In this document: positions 50,931 to 60,917 of the stretch, piece after piece
Layout: every line of letters begins with the position of its first letter
Position numbering within the stretch: position 1 is the first letter of the stretch
Virus record (IMG/VR): IMGVR_UViG_3300009537_000008
Location: 1 to 62,855 of that record
From: a virus
Taxonomy: Duplodnaviria; Caudoviricetes
Length of the DNA: 62,855 bases
Direction: 5' to 3' (one strand)
Position numbers and translations under genes: made by a program
The notes under the pieces: model-generated
The model's input: only the letters and a program-made list of their open reading frames with translations
Database searches by the model: none
What the model was told of the DNA's origin: nothing

Positions 50931-51314
50931 TTAGTTTATTGTTATTACAATTGTATCCAATATGGTAGGTGTTATTGTTAATCCAAATGTAACCCTGATA
51001 TGTATAGTATGCCCGTTAACGCCAGTGTTATCTAATTCACCAGTTATATCTAATGCTTCAATGAGCACATGGGGCAGCCAAAATTCAATCGCCGATCTTA
51101 TTTCTTGATCTATTCTGCTTACTAAGTTAGGAAGATTAGGTTCAAATAAATATCTTTTTAATCGTACGCCAAATGTAGGGTGCATTACTCTTTCTCCCTG
51201 CTCAGTCATAATGAGATTAATCAGATTAGTTTTAGTCTGTTCCATCTTTGAGATGGAAGATTTAAATAATCGACCATTACTGTCAGTAAAGGGAAGTAAT
51301 ATTCCTATATTCAT
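50931..51314 (-). CDS. gp25: Baseplate wedge protein gp25-like
   Basis: NLINLIMTEQGERVMHPTFGVRLKRYLFEP. Confidence 0.9.
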   Translation of the reverse strand: MNIGILLPFTDSNGRLFKSSISKMEQTKTNLINLIMTEQGERVMHPTFGVRLKRYLFEPNLPNLVSRIDQEIRSAIEFWLPHVLIEALDITGELDNTGVNGHTIHIRVTFGLTITPTILDTIVITIN

Positions 51315-51727
51315 TATTTACCTTTCTTTTGATTTATCTTTTTCATTAATTGAGAATAATCTTTAGTTAAGGCTGACTGCACTGCGGGTGGTGCTTGGTT
51401 TGTGTGTTGTAAGACTGAGTCATCCATATCAGTATCTTCTCCAAAATTACCCATGTTAGAAGCTGTGTCGGCAAATATATCCTGCATCATAGTGTTCTTC
51501 ATATTGGATAATAATTGCTGAGCCCCAGGTGGGATAGCTTTAACTGAGTCAGTAGTGTATGTAAATGTTTTTTCTTCTGGATCTAACATTTCATGTAATC
51601 GATTATTATTTTTAATTTTTTTAGACTCAATTAGTATTTCTAATTCTTCGCGAATTATAGATCTAACTTCTTTTCTCATAGTCTTAATAAAATAAGACAT
51701 AACTTTTTTGAATTCTTCTTTTTTCAT
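51314..51727 (-). CDS. Hypothetical protein with leader-like N-terminus
   Basis: MKKEEFKK...VRSIIREELEILIE; C-term ALTKDYSQLMK. Confidence 0.65.
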   Translation of the reverse strand: MKKEEFKKVMSYFIKTMRKEVRSIIREELEILIESKKIKNNNRLHEMLDPEEKTFTYTTDSVKAIPPGAQQLLSNMKNTMMQDIFADTASNMGNFGEDTDMDDSVLQHTNQAPPAVQSALTKDYSQLMKKINQKKGK

Positions 51728-51730
51728 ACT

Positions 51731-52987
51731 TTATTGTTTTTTAATAAATGCAATGTTACTTAATAATGTATTTGTTGGGTCTGGTAATTTTAATGTTGTT
51801 AGAATTTTATTCAATGTTGGTGTAGCATCTATCGACGGTGTAGTAGGTGCTCCTGGGCTTGGGCCAGTTAAATGTGTATGTGTTAATAATACTTGAACCA
51901 TTTCTGCTAACAAATCAACTAATTTTCTACCTAATACCATCGGTTCTGTAGCATCAACTCCCAATCTGGTTCTTAAGGCGTCAACAATCATTTCCTGTGT
52001 AGAATTAATATGAATATTTTGATCTGATAACACCCCCAAATTACCTTTAGCCGCTAGTATTAAATCTGACCCCTTAGAATTAAATATTAATCTATCTGAA
52101 TTGATGATGATCTGATTACCATCAAACTTTTTAGGAAAGGATTGTTTATATGTTTTTCTTTTAGTGCCACTTAATTTTAAATCTATTGTCTGCCCTTTTG
52201 TTAAATATATAGAACATTCATCTTTATTAATATCCTCAATATAGAATCTCTTATTAATAGAATTAGATCCAATACCGTTTCTTATTATTATAATTGGATC
52301 ACCAGTATTACCAAATAGGGAATATTTATTTGGGTTGGATGTAGTCTTTGCAATACTACCGAATCTAATTGATTGCCCCCATCTTCCCTCTATTGTAACA
52401 TCACCCTCAAATATTCTTAATGGTACAATATCATCTTTCTCTTTAAAAGTATCACCAAATGTATGCTCACGAGTAGTTTTATTTAATACTCCGGTCGATA
52501 TTGTTTTGCTATAAACAGCACCATTATTGTTAATTATATTGTCTCGGTTTTTGGATAAGTCTGGGAGTGAATTTTGATGTACAGATCCCCAAACATTTAA
52601 AGTATCAGAATAATAATAATCTTTAAAATCTGTAGAATCGTATGAATTGAATACTGGTTGTTTGGAAATTAATACTATTTCGCCTTTTATTGGAAACTTT
52701 CTATTATTGCTAATTAGCGGTTTCGCCCAATTACCATCGACATTATTATCACTGTATAAAAATCTAAATTCAATCTGTCCTATTTTCTCAGGATGATAAT
52801 CATTTCCTGAATTGTATTTATGTGAGTCATCCAAAATAACATCCAGAACTTCTGCAGCTTCTATCTCAAAAAAATCTGGGGTTGAAGATTTATGATCTTG
52901 TATCGCTACAGATTGAGGGGAAGATAAACCTCCCTGTTGTTTGGAATAATACCCAACCGCGGACCCCCCACCAGTCTTAAATGCCAT
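51731..52987 (-). CDS. Baseplate hub/central spike protein (gp5-like)
   Basis: OB-like N-term (PIKGEIVLI), EGDVTIEGRWGQSIRFG, beta-helix-like repeats, HTH metal motif near C-term; upstream of gp25. Confidence 0.75.
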   Translation of the reverse strand: MAFKTGGGSAVGYYSKQQGGLSSPQSVAIQDHKSSTPDFFEIEAAEVLDVILDDSHKYNSGNDYHPEKIGQIEFRFLYSDNNVDGNWAKPLISNNRKFPIKGEIVLISKQPVFNSYDSTDFKDYYYSDTLNVWGSVHQNSLPDLSKNRDNIINNNGAVYSKTISTGVLNKTTREHTFGDTFKEKDDIVPLRIFEGDVTIEGRWGQSIRFGSIAKTTSNPNKYSLFGNTGDPIIIIRNGIGSNSINKRFYIEDINKDECSIYLTKGQTIDLKLSGTKRKTYKQSFPKKFDGNQIIINSDRLIFNSKGSDLILAAKGNLGVLSDQNIHINSTQEMIVDALRTRLGVDATEPMVLGRKLVDLLAEMVQVLLTHTHLTGPSPGAPTTPSIDATPTLNKILTTLKLPDPTNTLLSNIAFIKKQ

Positions 52988-53397
52988 TATAGTTCTGCAG
53001 ATTTAATTTTAGTTTCTATATTCGCTATTTCATCTTCCAATTCTTTATCGGAATTTATTATAGAATTACCAGCGTTCCTAATGGATTCTAATAGTCTAAC
53101 TTTTTCTTCCTCTGGTAGCATTAATCCACTACCACCGGGTGAAGCAGAAACGGACACAACTCTTTGCACCACTGCTAACATTTTAACTAACTGCTCGTCG
53201 TTCTTAATACCAGTATTTAAACAATCAGTTACTAATGGCATAATAATGGCCGCATCCGCCGCTGATTTAATCAATGGCGTAAGCAGTTCGATAACAGTTT
53301 TTAATTCTGTATCTTTACTCTTTGAATTTTGATAAATATCCTTTAGAACATCGCTAAAGTTTTTATCATCAAATAATACTATTTCATTTAATTCCAT
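52987..53397 (-). CDS. Hypothetical helical protein
   Basis: ORF with late-type motif upstream. Confidence 0.65.
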   Translation of the reverse strand: MELNEIVLFDDKNFSDVLKDIYQNSKSKDTELKTVIELLTPLIKSAADAAIIMPLVTDCLNTGIKNDEQLVKMLAVVQRVVSVSASPGGSGLMLPEEEKVRLLESIRNAGNSIINSDKELEDEIANIETKIKSAEL

Positions 53398-53430
53398 ATC
53401 TATTGCATTATATACAATAAATATAAATTT

Positions 53431-54207
53431 TTAAAGTTTAATAGTTCCTGTGGAATAAAACTCTTTTACCATACCAAAATAAAGAGACTTCATTACTTTT
53501 ATTACTTTAGTTATCTCACTAGTCTTAACTCCAGTCATATCCCTAATCATAATGAACAAAGCTTTCTTATTAAATAATTCTATACTCTCCCTTCTTCTAA
53601 ATAGTTCCATTATGGAATCGGCGACCATTATATCATTTTTGTTTGAAAAGTGATTAGTAATATTTGTATCCCAGTATCTAATTAATAAATTAATAAAATC
53701 ATTTTCATCAGATGATTTAAATTCATGGCTGGCTTCTAAGACAACATCTCTATAAGAATCAACGTGATCTAAATCAGTTTTTATTCTTAAGTCACTATTA
53801 GAAGTTTTGGTTTCATTAATTAAATAGTTTTTAACTACAATACTAAAATAAGAAAAGGCCTTTCCCTTATCCTGAGAATACAAAGGTAGTTTTTCTAAAA
53901 CAAAAGCCACTGCCTGTGATTGAACATCTTTATAAGATAATCCTAAATGGTAAAATTTAAAAGTGTGGATAATATTTTCAACTAATTTTTCTAAAGGTTT
54001 TTGAATTCTATCCCTGTAGATTTGATTTCTGAGATAAGAATCTTCTTCAGTGTTATATTCCACAATAGCATTCTCAGTATCTTTTGTGAAATATTGAATA
54101 CCCCGTTTCTTTTTAGGTTTTTTCTTATCAGCCAGATCTTTAATTAATGATTCGATATAATCCGAATCATTACTGTCTCTTTCATTAATATCATTCCTCA
54201 TCTTCAA
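53431..54207 (-). CDS. gp55: Late transcription sigma factor, gp55-like
   Basis: YFTKDTENAIVEYN, region 2-like EKLPLYSQDKGKAFSYFSIVVKNYLI. Confidence 0.7.
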   Translation of the reverse strand: MKMRNDINERDSNDSDYIESLIKDLADKKKPKKKRGIQYFTKDTENAIVEYNTEEDSYLRNQIYRDRIQKPLEKLVENIIHTFKFYHLGLSYKDVQSQAVAFVLEKLPLYSQDKGKAFSYFSIVVKNYLINETKTSNSDLRIKTDLDHVDSYRDVVLEASHEFKSSDENDFINLLIRYWDTNITNHFSNKNDIMVADSIMELFRRRESIELFNKKALFIMIRDMTGVKTSEITKVIKVMKSLYFGMVKEFYSTGTIKL

Positions 54208-54484
54208 CTGCTGTAATTAATGTTTTAATATTATCGATCTGCTTCTTTAATTCTTTAAAGACTTGCCCAACCTCATCATCAGTCTCAAACATTCCCTTTG
54301 AGTCAATATACTTCATATGGTTATAAATATCTAACATACCGTTGTGCATTGCTATCATCATATCCTCACTTTCCCCCGCATCATCTTCTGCAATTTCTAC
54401 ACGTTTAATTAGGTTAATACACGCAAATATTAATATCGTTATGATAATAAATTCAATTCCAATTATTAAATACAATGTTGTCAT
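54191..54484 (-). CDS. Small membrane-anchored protein
   Basis: N-terminal TM; FETDDEVGQVF. Confidence 0.65.
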   Translation of the reverse strand: MTTLYLIIGIEFIIITILIFACINLIKRVEIAEDDAGESEDMMIAMHNGMLDIYNHMKYIDSKGMFETDDEVGQVFKELKKQIDNIKTLITAVEDEE

Positions 54485-55254
54485 TTATCAAAAAGTTTAG
54501 CAAAGGTTTCTCTCATATGAGTTACAGTTTCATCCGAAGCAGTGTCCGTAGTGAACCCAGCTTTTGGTTTAAATTTATTATGATTCTCAGTATGACCCTC
54601 AAAGGTTCCTTTAGAATTCTTCCATTGTTCCCATTCAATTCTATATGCCATATAATCCGCTTGTTGAATAATATGCGGGAGATTAGTTCTTAAAGTATTA
54701 TTCTCTGAATATGATATCCAATAAGATTTATTAGCTTCCTCAAATACCCCATCATGGATTCTAATTCCTATGAATTCATTTTGAGTCATGGGAATTTGTG
54801 CATCCTGCAATATAAATAAACTCCTATCAGCTACTTTCATATATGGTAGTTTAGGATTAAACGTATATATCTCACCTCTATTTTTTATATGCCATTCCGA
54901 TGTGTTGGGGATATAATACTCTTGGACTCCGTCACCTACCTTACCCAGGTCGTGATTAAGTGCTACGAACATTAATTCCTCATAAGTATATCCACTCATA
55001 TCAGCTCCTAACCGCTCCCAGAGCTTATATAACATTTGAGTATTAAGTATGACATTATGAATGTGTACTACATACCCGCCTGGATAAGCACTATGAAAAT
55101 GCTCTGTACCAGATGCTGGCATTGTAATCATTGTATCTTCCAGGCTGTTATATAACTTAAGGAGTTTATCCTTTTTGTCACCTGTAAATGTTTGGTCTAT
55201 AAAGCCGATTAGCTTCTCCCAATTTTCCTGTAACTGTTCTGCTGTTAAATTCAT
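54481..55254 (-). CDS. HD-domain phosphohydrolase
   Basis: HSAYPGGYVVH, NHDLGKVG, IHDG, QQAD. Confidence 0.85.
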   Translation of the reverse strand: MNLTAEQLQENWEKLIGFIDQTFTGDKKDKLLKLYNSLEDTMITMPASGTEHFHSAYPGGYVVHIHNVILNTQMLYKLWERLGADMSGYTYEELMFVALNHDLGKVGDGVQEYYIPNTSEWHIKNRGEIYTFNPKLPYMKVADRSLFILQDAQIPMTQNEFIGIRIHDGVFEEANKSYWISYSENNTLRTNLPHIIQQADYMAYRIEWEQWKNSKGTFEGHTENHNKFKPKAGFTTDTASDETVTHMRETFAKLFDK

Positions 55255-55532
55255 GCTTCTCCTTTTGGTCCAAAATAATTTTGTAATAATTCAATAAGTT
55301 TATCGTCATTAGATTCATCCTCAAATGTTTCCTCAATGTCAATAGCCTCTTTTAAGAGGTTCAAATTCTCATCATGCAACTCATTAATATTAATAATATT
55401 GTTTTTTATTAAAATATTAACTAATGCTGTATTTAAAATATACTGGCGCTTAAGCTCCTTTGTCATAATGTCCATACTATGCAACATTGCATCTATAACT
55501 GCCATGGTTTCTTCTTCTGTATGAGGCTTCAT
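55251..55532 (-). CDS. Hypothetical protein
   Basis: Coupled ORF. Confidence 0.6.
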   Translation of the reverse strand: MKPHTEEETMAVIDAMLHSMDIMTKELKRQYILNTALVNILIKNNIININELHDENLNLLKEAIDIEETFEDESNDDKLIELLQNYFGPKGEA

Positions 55533-55702
55533 TATTCTAAACTTATTAATTCCTCAACATTAACTAAGTTAAGTCTGATTATTTCTAACCGAGTGACAAA
55601 TTCTTGTGGAGACAGTGTTTGATTATTTAATTCCTTTTGTGCTATTACGATCATTTGCAATGCATTAGCAATTCTGTCTTGTACTATATCTTTGTATTTC
55701 AT
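55532..55702 (-). CDS. 56-aa hypothetical protein (absent from ORF track)
   Basis: MKYKDIVQDRIANALQ...EELISLE*; directly behind promoter 55717-55748, TAATG overlap with next gene. Confidence 0.7.
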   Translation of the reverse strand: MKYKDIVQDRIANALQMIVIAQKELNNQTLSPQEFVTRLEIIRLNLVNVEELISLE

Positions 55703-55716
55703 ATTTTATAATTTAT

Positions 55717-55748
55717 TAAATATAATGAAAATAATTGAGACTACCAAA
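55717..55748 (-). promoter_or_regulatory. Bacteroidetes-type promoter
   Basis: TTTGgtagtctc-...-TATATTTA, 20-nt spacer. Confidence 0.75.
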
Positions 55749-55754
55749 TTTATT

Positions 55755-56801
55755 TCAAGAATATACATTGGATTTTATTTCTCCTGGGTTACTATCGTCA
55801 TCATCCTTTTTTTTATTAATATAGTAATCTACCATATCATCCAGGAAAGCTGTGTTGGATTTAACTGGTTCAGATGGTAGGTGAGTATTATCCTCTTCTA
55901 CAAATTCAGGTGTGGGTGTAACTGTGCTTTGTATTTTAAGATCTTCGGGTTCTGCGGTTACTGACGTAACCTTGTGGTCAATAACTAAATTCATATCTTC
56001 TATTTTTGATTGTTTTACAAATATTGTGTTTGCTCCTATTAATAAAGCTACTGCTAATGGGTCGAATACAAATATCAATATCAGCATTAGCCAATTAGCG
56101 ATTCTATCCATATGTACTCCAGTGATGGAACTGATGTATTTTAATGGTCCTAACTCAGCAATACTATTATCAGAATTTAATGTTAATATTTTTAAATCCA
56201 ATTCTCGGATAGCATCATTCTTATCAGAAATCTTCCCCTGAGAGCTTGTTATCTCAGTTGTAATCGACTTAATCTCATCACCTATGCCTTTTATACTATT
56301 TTCTGTGCGCCTCGCGGAGGCGCTTTGATTTCGATCCATGGCCACATCAATCCTATCTTCCCTCTTATTTCTGGCACTGGAAAGGGAAGTTATCCTCTCT
56401 CTACTGTTATCTATATCTAATTTATATTGGGCAACATCTTGCAGTAGAAACTCCTTCTGGTTAGTTAGCATTTGTACTTGAGAACTAATATGTTCAGACT
56501 GCCTGGATACATTAGAGTATGCACTGGATAAGAAGCCGTATATGCCCGCGCTGGTAATTAGTACCATTACTATTATTCCTACATATAAATAGGTTTTGAG
56601 TATAGTATTAAGGTCCTTCCAAGCCCTATATAATAAGGACACTGCTACTAACTTACCCAGCTCAATGCTGGAAGCCATTATAATAACAGATGTCTTCGCA
56701 CCACTAAATAACTGACTCAATCCCGATATGGAAAAGAACGCAGCAGTTGCCGCTAATATCAGAGCAGTGACCATAGTAACGTATGGTAGCCACTTATTCA
56801 T
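55755..56801 (-). CDS. Membrane protein with long coiled coil
   Basis: Three N-terminal TMs (AAFFSISGL, ELGKLV, ITSAGIYGFLS), coiled coil, LIFVFDPLAVAL TM. Confidence 0.75.
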   Translation of the reverse strand: MNKWLPYVTMVTALILAATAAFFSISGLSQLFSGAKTSVIIMASSIELGKLVAVSLLYRAWKDLNTILKTYLYVGIIVMVLITSAGIYGFLSSAYSNVSRQSEHISSQVQMLTNQKEFLLQDVAQYKLDIDNSRERITSLSSARNKREDRIDVAMDRNQSASARRTENSIKGIGDEIKSITTEITSSQGKISDKNDAIRELDLKILTLNSDNSIAELGPLKYISSITGVHMDRIANWLMLILIFVFDPLAVALLIGANTIFVKQSKIEDMNLVIDHKVTSVTAEPEDLKIQSTVTPTPEFVEEDNTHLPSEPVKSNTAFLDDMVDYYINKKKDDDDSNPGEIKSNVYS

Positions 56802-56802
56802 T

Positions 56803-57204
56803 TTAATTCCACAATATTTTTGGTAGTTTATCTTCTATATCAAAATAGTATTGATAGATCATTTTTGTAACTCCATATACCATAACTTCAAATATATCCT
56901 GGCCTACACACCTGAACCCATTAAAAAACAGTACAGATCTATGGTTATTTATCTTACTATAATTACCACAAGTCAATATTAACATTCCAGCATTAGCATC
57001 GGTTTGCATTAAGCAAGGACTATCTTCCTGCGTTAAGAATTCTATTTCTGCATCGTCTAAAGAATGGATTAATCCATCTTCCCAATATTCTGCGTTTCCA
57101 TCTCTGGTTTCAGGTGAGTCATAGTATTCATTAAACCAATCAGTGGCATCCCAATCATCATCTGAGTCGAAGTTATCCCAATCATCATACCCCATAATCT
57201 TCAA
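56803..57204 (-). CDS. Acidic hypothetical protein
   Basis: D/W-rich N-term. Confidence 0.6.
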   Translation of the reverse strand: MKIMGYDDWDNFDSDDDWDATDWFNEYYDSPETRDGNAEYWEDGLIHSLDDAEIEFLTQEDSPCLMQTDANAGMLILTCGNYSKINNHRSVLFFNGFRCVGQDIFEVMVYGVTKMIYQYYFDIEDKLPKILWN

Positions 57205-57541
57205 GTATTATAGTGTTAATTAAGTCTCTTATTTCGGCGCATACCTCGTAATTTTCTATACCCTCAAAGAATTTTAAAGCTCTGGTTAGACTTTCCTCCC
57301 ACGACTTTCTGGGCATTTGCAATTTAATTATCTGATCTATAGGTTCAAATTCTAATACTACTTCAAATAATATTGCTTGTAGGGCATCATTATTAAATGC
57401 ATACTTAATACTATCAACAGTTCTAAACCATAAAAGTTTATCATTTCGTATTACGAAGTCTTTAAACTCATTGAAATCATCGAATGCTAATCTGGGTATG
57501 AATTCCATAGTATAGAATGTTGGTAAATTAAGCAACTTCAT
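57185..57541 (-). CDS. Hypothetical protein with C-terminal UVR-like motif
   Basis: ALKFFEGIENYEVCAEIRDLI. Confidence 0.6.
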   Translation of the reverse strand: MKLLNLPTFYTMEFIPRLAFDDFNEFKDFVIRNDKLLWFRTVDSIKYAFNNDALQAILFEVVLEFEPIDQIIKLQMPRKSWEESLTRALKFFEGIENYEVCAEIRDLINTIILEDYGV

Positions 57542-57662
57542 ATACTATAATTATCTAATGTTAGAAAATACTTTGTATAAATAAAGGGCTATACTTACAC
57601 ATAACCCTATTATCGTGATGAATAACATATAAGCCCAAATTAAACCTATTGTTAATACTCTC

Positions 57663-59636
57663 TTAACAATCTTCCGCAAACTTTGCATTCAATGATTTTG
57701 CTACCTGGACTACATTATTAACATCAATCATTTGAGCATCCACCCCATACATCTCTCTGAAGTCGTTTAATTGTGAAGTGTAACTCCCAATGAAGTAACT
57801 AATAACTTTAATCCCTTTTGCTTTGATCCGTTTTACTACCCCGGCCGTATGTTGTATTGCTCCGGAGCCACTATACTGAATCTTACCATACCGTCCTTGT
57901 GGCATACCATCTGAGAAATTAAGGAAATACGATTGAACCGAATTTGATCCTGGTGTAAGGTATTTTATCATAGGCTCAATAGCTAATCCTTCCGGAGTCA
58001 GGCTACCTGCGTGTAAATACTTGAATAACGATTGAATCTTTGTGATCTTATCCTTCTTAGAATCATATGCTATTAATACCTGCGGTATACTTGGTCTACC
58101 ACCATCAAACCTATATGAAATACACACTCTAATGTTTTGTATCATTGAGGCGGCTTTCGCTATGGCTATGGCACATATTTGTGACTTCTCCCAGTTGCGG
58201 CCACTCATACTACCCGATGCATCGATTGATATATGTAAATCAACTGGTTGGTGACTATTAATAACTATCTGGTTAAATACATTATAATTATCATACCCTA
58301 ACTGGTTAATTAATCTCCTATCAATTTTACCCTTATCCAACCTGGTGTATTTAAGGTCTCTAGTGTAATTTCTTACTTGCAATTTCCTACCTAATTGTTG
58401 TCCTAATACTAACCCTTTATTAACTATTAGTTGGGATGAATCCAATCTGTAGTTCTGTATAATATGTATACCAGAATCAATTACTTTTTGATTGAATGTT
58501 TTAATTATCACACAATCAATTTTTGTATTTCTATAATTTGCTTGGCCAAGTTCAAAATCTAAATTGGCAATGTTATTAACCTTGGTTGCGGTTTGCTTAG
58601 CCATTTTTTTCTTGGCGACATTACCACTTAATAATTCCCGTTGCTCGTCGAGAAGATTTTCTAATTGCTCACGCTCTTTAGCTGTTAATTCTAATGGAGA
58701 ATTACCATCTGGGGTATTACTATTTTCGCTATCACTACCTTGACCCCCACCAGTTACATCCTGGCTGCCATTATCATTCCCAGCCTGATCCTCGGTATCT
58801 TCGCTATCTTGGTTATTACTATCGGAATCTTCCGTTTTACTATCAGACTTTTGAGATTCTTCACCACCACCCGCACCCGACTCAGTTTGTGGAGCTGAAT
58901 CAATGCTTTCTGGTTGTTTTGGGGTGTTTGCTATTTCAATGCTAATTAAATCATAAATGGCATTTGCAACATCCAACGCATCCTGGGTATTTTTTAATCT
59001 CCCAATATTATTAATATCTATAAGATCTTTAATCTCCTTAAGCTTTGGTAATGCGGTTAAATCAGCATCCTTATGGAATATATTAACAACCCTAAACATA
59101 TAAGACTCCCAATTAACATCTCTACCCTTAGTAGATCTTAATCCCTTACCAATTTGGTCGTTAAAAAAATACTTTGCATATAATGTATGGTAATATCCTT
59201 TATAACCTGGGCTGGATTTAAATACTATATTATCAATCCTGCGGTCTTCGATTAAGTTAAGGAGATTTTTGGAATGACAATTTGTGTTTTTAAGACAACT
59301 AAAATCCGTATAAGCAATATGACTTGCTTCGTGCAATGCTAAACCAATTGTGGTATCAATACTTTTTTTACTTACATCTCCTGCGATTACAATGTGACTA
59401 CCATCAGTATACGAATTATACCCCGAAGAAAACTTCACTGGTATCTCTTTATTACAAACAATCTTCACATAATTGGTAACAGCTTTTTGTAAGGACGCGG
59501 CTTTCCATGCTTTTGATTGATCTTCTTCCGGCATTATGGAGGACTCAGAGCCTAACCACATATCCGAATAACATTTCGGTTTATATTTTTTTGGCATCTT
59601 TGGCATCCGACCTTTTCCTAATTTTAATACCTTCAT
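57663..59636 (-). CDS. VWA-domain protein with N-terminal HExxH domain (CobT-like MoxR partner)
   Basis: LHEASH, NLIEDRRI, acidic linker, IDASGSM MIDAS, TPEG, FSDGMP. Confidence 0.85.
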   Translation of the reverse strand: MKVLKLGKGRMPKMPKKYKPKCYSDMWLGSESSIMPEEDQSKAWKAASLQKAVTNYVKIVCNKEIPVKFSSGYNSYTDGSHIVIAGDVSKKSIDTTIGLALHEASHIAYTDFSCLKNTNCHSKNLLNLIEDRRIDNIVFKSSPGYKGYYHTLYAKYFFNDQIGKGLRSTKGRDVNWESYMFRVVNIFHKDADLTALPKLKEIKDLIDINNIGRLKNTQDALDVANAIYDLISIEIANTPKQPESIDSAPQTESGAGGGEESQKSDSKTEDSDSNNQDSEDTEDQAGNDNGSQDVTGGGQGSDSENSNTPDGNSPLELTAKEREQLENLLDEQRELLSGNVAKKKMAKQTATKVNNIANLDFELGQANYRNTKIDCVIIKTFNQKVIDSGIHIIQNYRLDSSQLIVNKGLVLGQQLGRKLQVRNYTRDLKYTRLDKGKIDRRLINQLGYDNYNVFNQIVINSHQPVDLHISIDASGSMSGRNWEKSQICAIAIAKAASMIQNIRVCISYRFDGGRPSIPQVLIAYDSKKDKITKIQSLFKYLHAGSLTPEGLAIEPMIKYLTPGSNSVQSYFLNFSDGMPQGRYGKIQYSGSGAIQHTAGVVKRIKAKGIKVISYFIGSYTSQLNDFREMYGVDAQMIDVNNVVQVAKSLNAKFAEDC

Positions 59637-59694
59637 AACCTTTATCTTTTTAAGTATACATAAATATAATAAAAATTTTTCAGACTACCAAATT
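59637..59694 (-). promoter_or_regulatory. Early promoter plus leader (repeat copy)
   Basis: TTTG(59692-59689)-N20-TATATTTA(59668-59661)-...aaaaagataaaggtt-ATG. Confidence 0.75.
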
Positions 59695-59711
59695 TATTTT
59701 GAATAAACCAG

Positions 59712-59737
59712 AAAAATAGCCCCGAAAAATGGGGCTA
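59712..59737 (-). terminator. Rho-independent terminator after AAA+ gene
   Basis: tagcccc/ggggcta stem with T run on minus strand. Confidence 0.7.
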
Positions 59738-59750
59738 AGGGTTATGTTCC

Positions 59751-60845
59751 TCAAAATTGGTTATCAACTAACGTATCCGAACTCTTATCATCAATAAACT
59801 TTTGAACGATTTGCTTAACGAACACCCTTTCCGAGCTGGTTCCTCCATCTGCGGGATAGAATGGGTAAACTGCGACTTCTGCTGCTTCCATAAGGGAGAA
59901 CCCATCCGATATCAACCCAGCCATCTCAATGGTTAATCTGGTTGAAACTGCCGTCCCAATTTGTGGGCTTTCCGTTCTCATTTCCTCCCTGGTTAAGTGT
60001 GCTATAGATGCTATTGCGGCTATCGACTCATTAGCAACATCTGGATATAATAACTTCAACAAATAAATCTCTTCAGCCAAATTCAATGTTGGCATCTCAA
60101 TCGTTGTGCTAAACCTATCCATTAAGGCCCTATCCATTACCCTGGTTCCAGTATATTCATTACCAATATTTGCAGTGGCTATAAAACAAACACCCTCTGC
60201 AACATTTATCACTGGAGTATCAGGAGCTTCATCAATCCTTAAATATCTCTGGTGGTCATCCAACACTGGCATTAAAATATTACCCGCGTCTGGGTGTGCT
60301 CTGGATAATTCATCCAACACTATCACTGCGTTTGGCGTGGTTATTGCTGTTATAAACTCCGACTTGGAGAAATATGTTCCTGTATCCTTATTAAAATGGG
60401 TGTTACCAATTAAGGATGACCGAGGATCTTGGGTTGCTCCACAATTAAAAATAAACATTTGGCGATTTAAACTCTCCGCTATACATTTAGCGACTTTAGT
60501 TTTACCAGTCCCTGCGGCACCTAACATTATCACATTCTTACCTCTCAATACCGCTCTGGTAAGGTATTTCCATTTAACCTCCTCCAAAATGATATCTTTC
60601 GGTTTATTACTATAAGAGCTGTGGATCATTTGGAGAATGGGTGCTACTTCTTTAGTTTCCATTTTAACTCCATTCAACTTAGCACCAACATCTAATAAGA
60701 TAAATCCACCGTTTGGTAGAACCTCTATTCCAACACCTTCTGAAAATGCGAGGCGCTTAATTTTAGTAGGAATTTTCACTATTTCCCCCTGGGGATTTAC
60801 ACATTTTAATTTTCCTTTTGGAGTTTTTTGAACTTTTAATATCAT
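59751..60845 (-). CDS. MoxR/CbbQ/CobS-family AAA+ ATPase
   Basis: GAAGTGKT, VLDELSRAHP, ATANIG, DRALMDRF, STR. Confidence 0.9.
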   Translation of the reverse strand: MILKVQKTPKGKLKCVNPQGEIVKIPTKIKRLAFSEGVGIEVLPNGGFILLDVGAKLNGVKMETKEVAPILQMIHSSYSNKPKDIILEEVKWKYLTRAVLRGKNVIMLGAAGTGKTKVAKCIAESLNRQMFIFNCGATQDPRSSLIGNTHFNKDTGTYFSKSEFITAITTPNAVIVLDELSRAHPDAGNILMPVLDDHQRYLRIDEAPDTPVINVAEGVCFIATANIGNEYTGTRVMDRALMDRFSTTIEMPTLNLAEEIYLLKLLYPDVANESIAAIASIAHLTREEMRTESPQIGTAVSTRLTIEMAGLISDGFSLMEAAEVAVYPFYPADGGTSSERVFVKQIVQKFIDDKSSDTLVDNQF

Positions 60846-60903
60846 AACCTTATCTTTTTAATTATACATAAATATAATGATAATTTTTCAGACTACCAAA
60901 TTT
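60846..60903 (-). promoter_or_regulatory. Early promoter plus leader (repeat copy)
   Basis: TTTG(60900-60897)-N20-TATATTTA(60876-60869)-...aaaaagataaggtt-ATG. Confidence 0.75.
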
Positions 60904-60917
60904 ATGCCAAAATATTT

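Noticed and set aside
52987-53397. Small terminase assignment
   Set aside because: Helical protein of suitable size but no recognisable motif and far from terL
57575-57660. Possible structured RNA (gggct...agccc) after the VWA gene
   Set aside because: Pairing is short and irregular in AT-rich DNA; cannot be supported by eye
5750-60831. Numerous short plus-strand ORFs in the track (e.g. 5750..6118, 11699..12058, 46850..47254, 60106..60615)
   Set aside because: Antisense to well-supported minus-strand genes, many with non-ATG starts and no recognisable motifs
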